Assembly: GCA_964502365.1 (NCBI GenBank)
Contig: CAZCWQ010000001.1
Coordinates: 8,053-72,052, forward strand
DNA: 64,000 nt
Direction of reading: 5' to 3'
Source: an uncultured Desulfobacterales bacterium
Lineage (GTDB): Bacteria; Desulfobacterota; Desulfobacteria; Desulfobacterales; C00003060
The notes beneath the pieces were generated by a model. That model was given only the letters and a program-made list of their open reading frames with translations, was not told the origin of the DNA and did not search any database. A program made the translations under genes and the position numbers. Each line of letters starts with the position of its first letter. The stretch's first letter is position 1. This document shows positions 63,199-64,000 of this stretch, piece after piece.

Positions 63199-64000
63199 AT
63201 GCAACATAACTTAAAAGAAAATATTTTGCTCGCTGTCAACAACCTCCCGCCCATGCCTCAAGTCATGCATAAGGCCCGGGAATTACTTCGAAGTCCCACT
63301 TCAAGTTTGAAGGATGTGGCAGATCTTATTGAAACCGACCAAGCACTTGCCATCAAGCTTCTGAGATTAGCCAACTCAGCCTATTATAGTCGGACAGGAA
63401 GAGTGTCATCTGTGCAAGAAGCTGCGGTTGTTCTTGGACTTAAGGGCCTGAGTGAAGTTATCACAGTGGGTTTTACTTCAAAACTTCTCGGCACTTCGCT
63501 TAAGGGTTACGGTCTCCCGGCCAGATCTCTCTGGAAACATTCTCTCGCTGCTGCTGTTGGATCGAGAATGATTGCAAACGTGAGATTCCCTGCGTTGGCC
63601 AATCAAGCCTTCTTTGCAGGACTGATTCACGATTCAGGAAAGCTCATCTTGGACCCGTACGTTCTAGAGAGAAAAGAAGAGTTTTCGGAACGCGTAGCGG
63701 ATGGCGAACAGATATCCCTCGGTGTTGAAAAAGAGATCTTCGGCTTTGATCATGCGGAGATTGCTGCACAGATTTGTGAAAAGTGGAATCTTCCAAAATC
63801 GATATCTATTGCTACTAAGTATCATCATTATCCTTCCCGGTCACTGGGCAATAAATTAGCATACATCATCCATGCAGCAGATCAGGTTGCGAAATGGAGT
63901 AATATGGACACAGAAGGAATAATACATAAACTCGACGGCGACTCAATTCAAATGCTGGGCATTGAAAAAAACGACATCGAAGTGATTATCAGTAAAGTGG
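63199..64000 (+). CDS. HDOD domain protein (3' end beyond window)
   Basis: LPPMPQV...LIETDQALAIKLLRLANSAYY...LWKHSL...GLIHDSGKL is a typical HDOD pattern. The frame is open to the window end. Confidence 0.8.
   Translation, partial: MQHNLKENILLAVNNLPPMPQVMHKARELLRSPTSSLKDVADLIETDQALAIKLLRLANSAYYSRTGRVSSVQEAAVVLGLKGLSEVITVGFTSKLLGTSLKGYGLPARSLWKHSLAAAVGSRMIANVRFPALANQAFFAGLIHDSGKLILDPYVLERKEEFSERVADGEQISLGVEKEIFGFDHAEIAAQICEKWNLPKSISIATKYHHYPSRSLGNKLAYIIHAADQVAKWSNMDTEGIIHKLDGDSIQMLGIEKNDIEVIISKV

Noticed and set aside
1-64000. Search by eye for rRNA, tRNA (GTTCGAATC/GTTCAAATC-type T-arms) and CRISPR-like regularly spaced repeats.
   Set aside because: Nothing convincing was found. The only multi-copy repeats are the six promoter-bearing elements, which are irregularly spaced and separated by genes.

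Overview
This 64 kb window looks like a Desulfobacterota (deltaproteobacterial) chromosome; that assignment is inferred from gene content only. No rRNA, tRNA or CRISPR array was seen.

**1-15.5 kb, housekeeping and accessory genes.**
- An HsdR-N-like protein, a MOSC protein, fdhD and an RseC-like protein.
- A CusCBA-type heavy-metal RND efflux operon with a DUF3347 protein.
- A PAS histidine kinase.
- A metY-metX-metW operon headed by, and translationally coupled to, an HTH/Cys-rich regulator. Tandem operator-like repeats overlap its promoter.

**15.8-47.2 kb, a very large extracellular-electron-transfer island.**
- Nine predicted c-type cytochromes carry about 95 canonical CXXCH motifs by my count. 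This includes 16-, 20- and 26-heme proteins.
- Two hexaheme proteins match the Geobacter OmcS nanowire cytochrome motif by motif.
- Also present: a Cbc-like cytochrome b/c quinol oxidoreductase operon, three NHL and one YVTN beta-propeller proteins, a PpiC-type isomerase and an OmpA-like protein.
- A 724-aa predicted outer-membrane barrel carries a discoidin-like insert, and sits next to two CsgG/LpoB-like lipoproteins.
- A dedicated regulatory set is encoded here: a periplasmic CXXCH-containing sensor kinase, an NtrC-type sigma-54 activator and a PhnD-like binding protein.
- I found sigma-54 promoter matches with a shared tandem palindromic upstream site.

**47.3-62.5 kb, a patchwork of small unrelated genes.**
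- Many blocks are preceded by one of six same-orientation copies of a ~60 bp repeat. Each copy embeds a TTGAAA-N17-TGnTAnnnA promoter.
- The region also holds a degraded Y1 (RAYT/IS200-like) transposase and a gene split by a single in-frame TAG.
- A rhodanese-like gene has an in-frame TGA at a position that is normally Cys, making it a candidate selenoprotein.
- Secretin N-domain-only proteins and a three-member family of 80-aa Cys-rich proteins are also here.

**End of window.** flaG and a partial HDOD gene.
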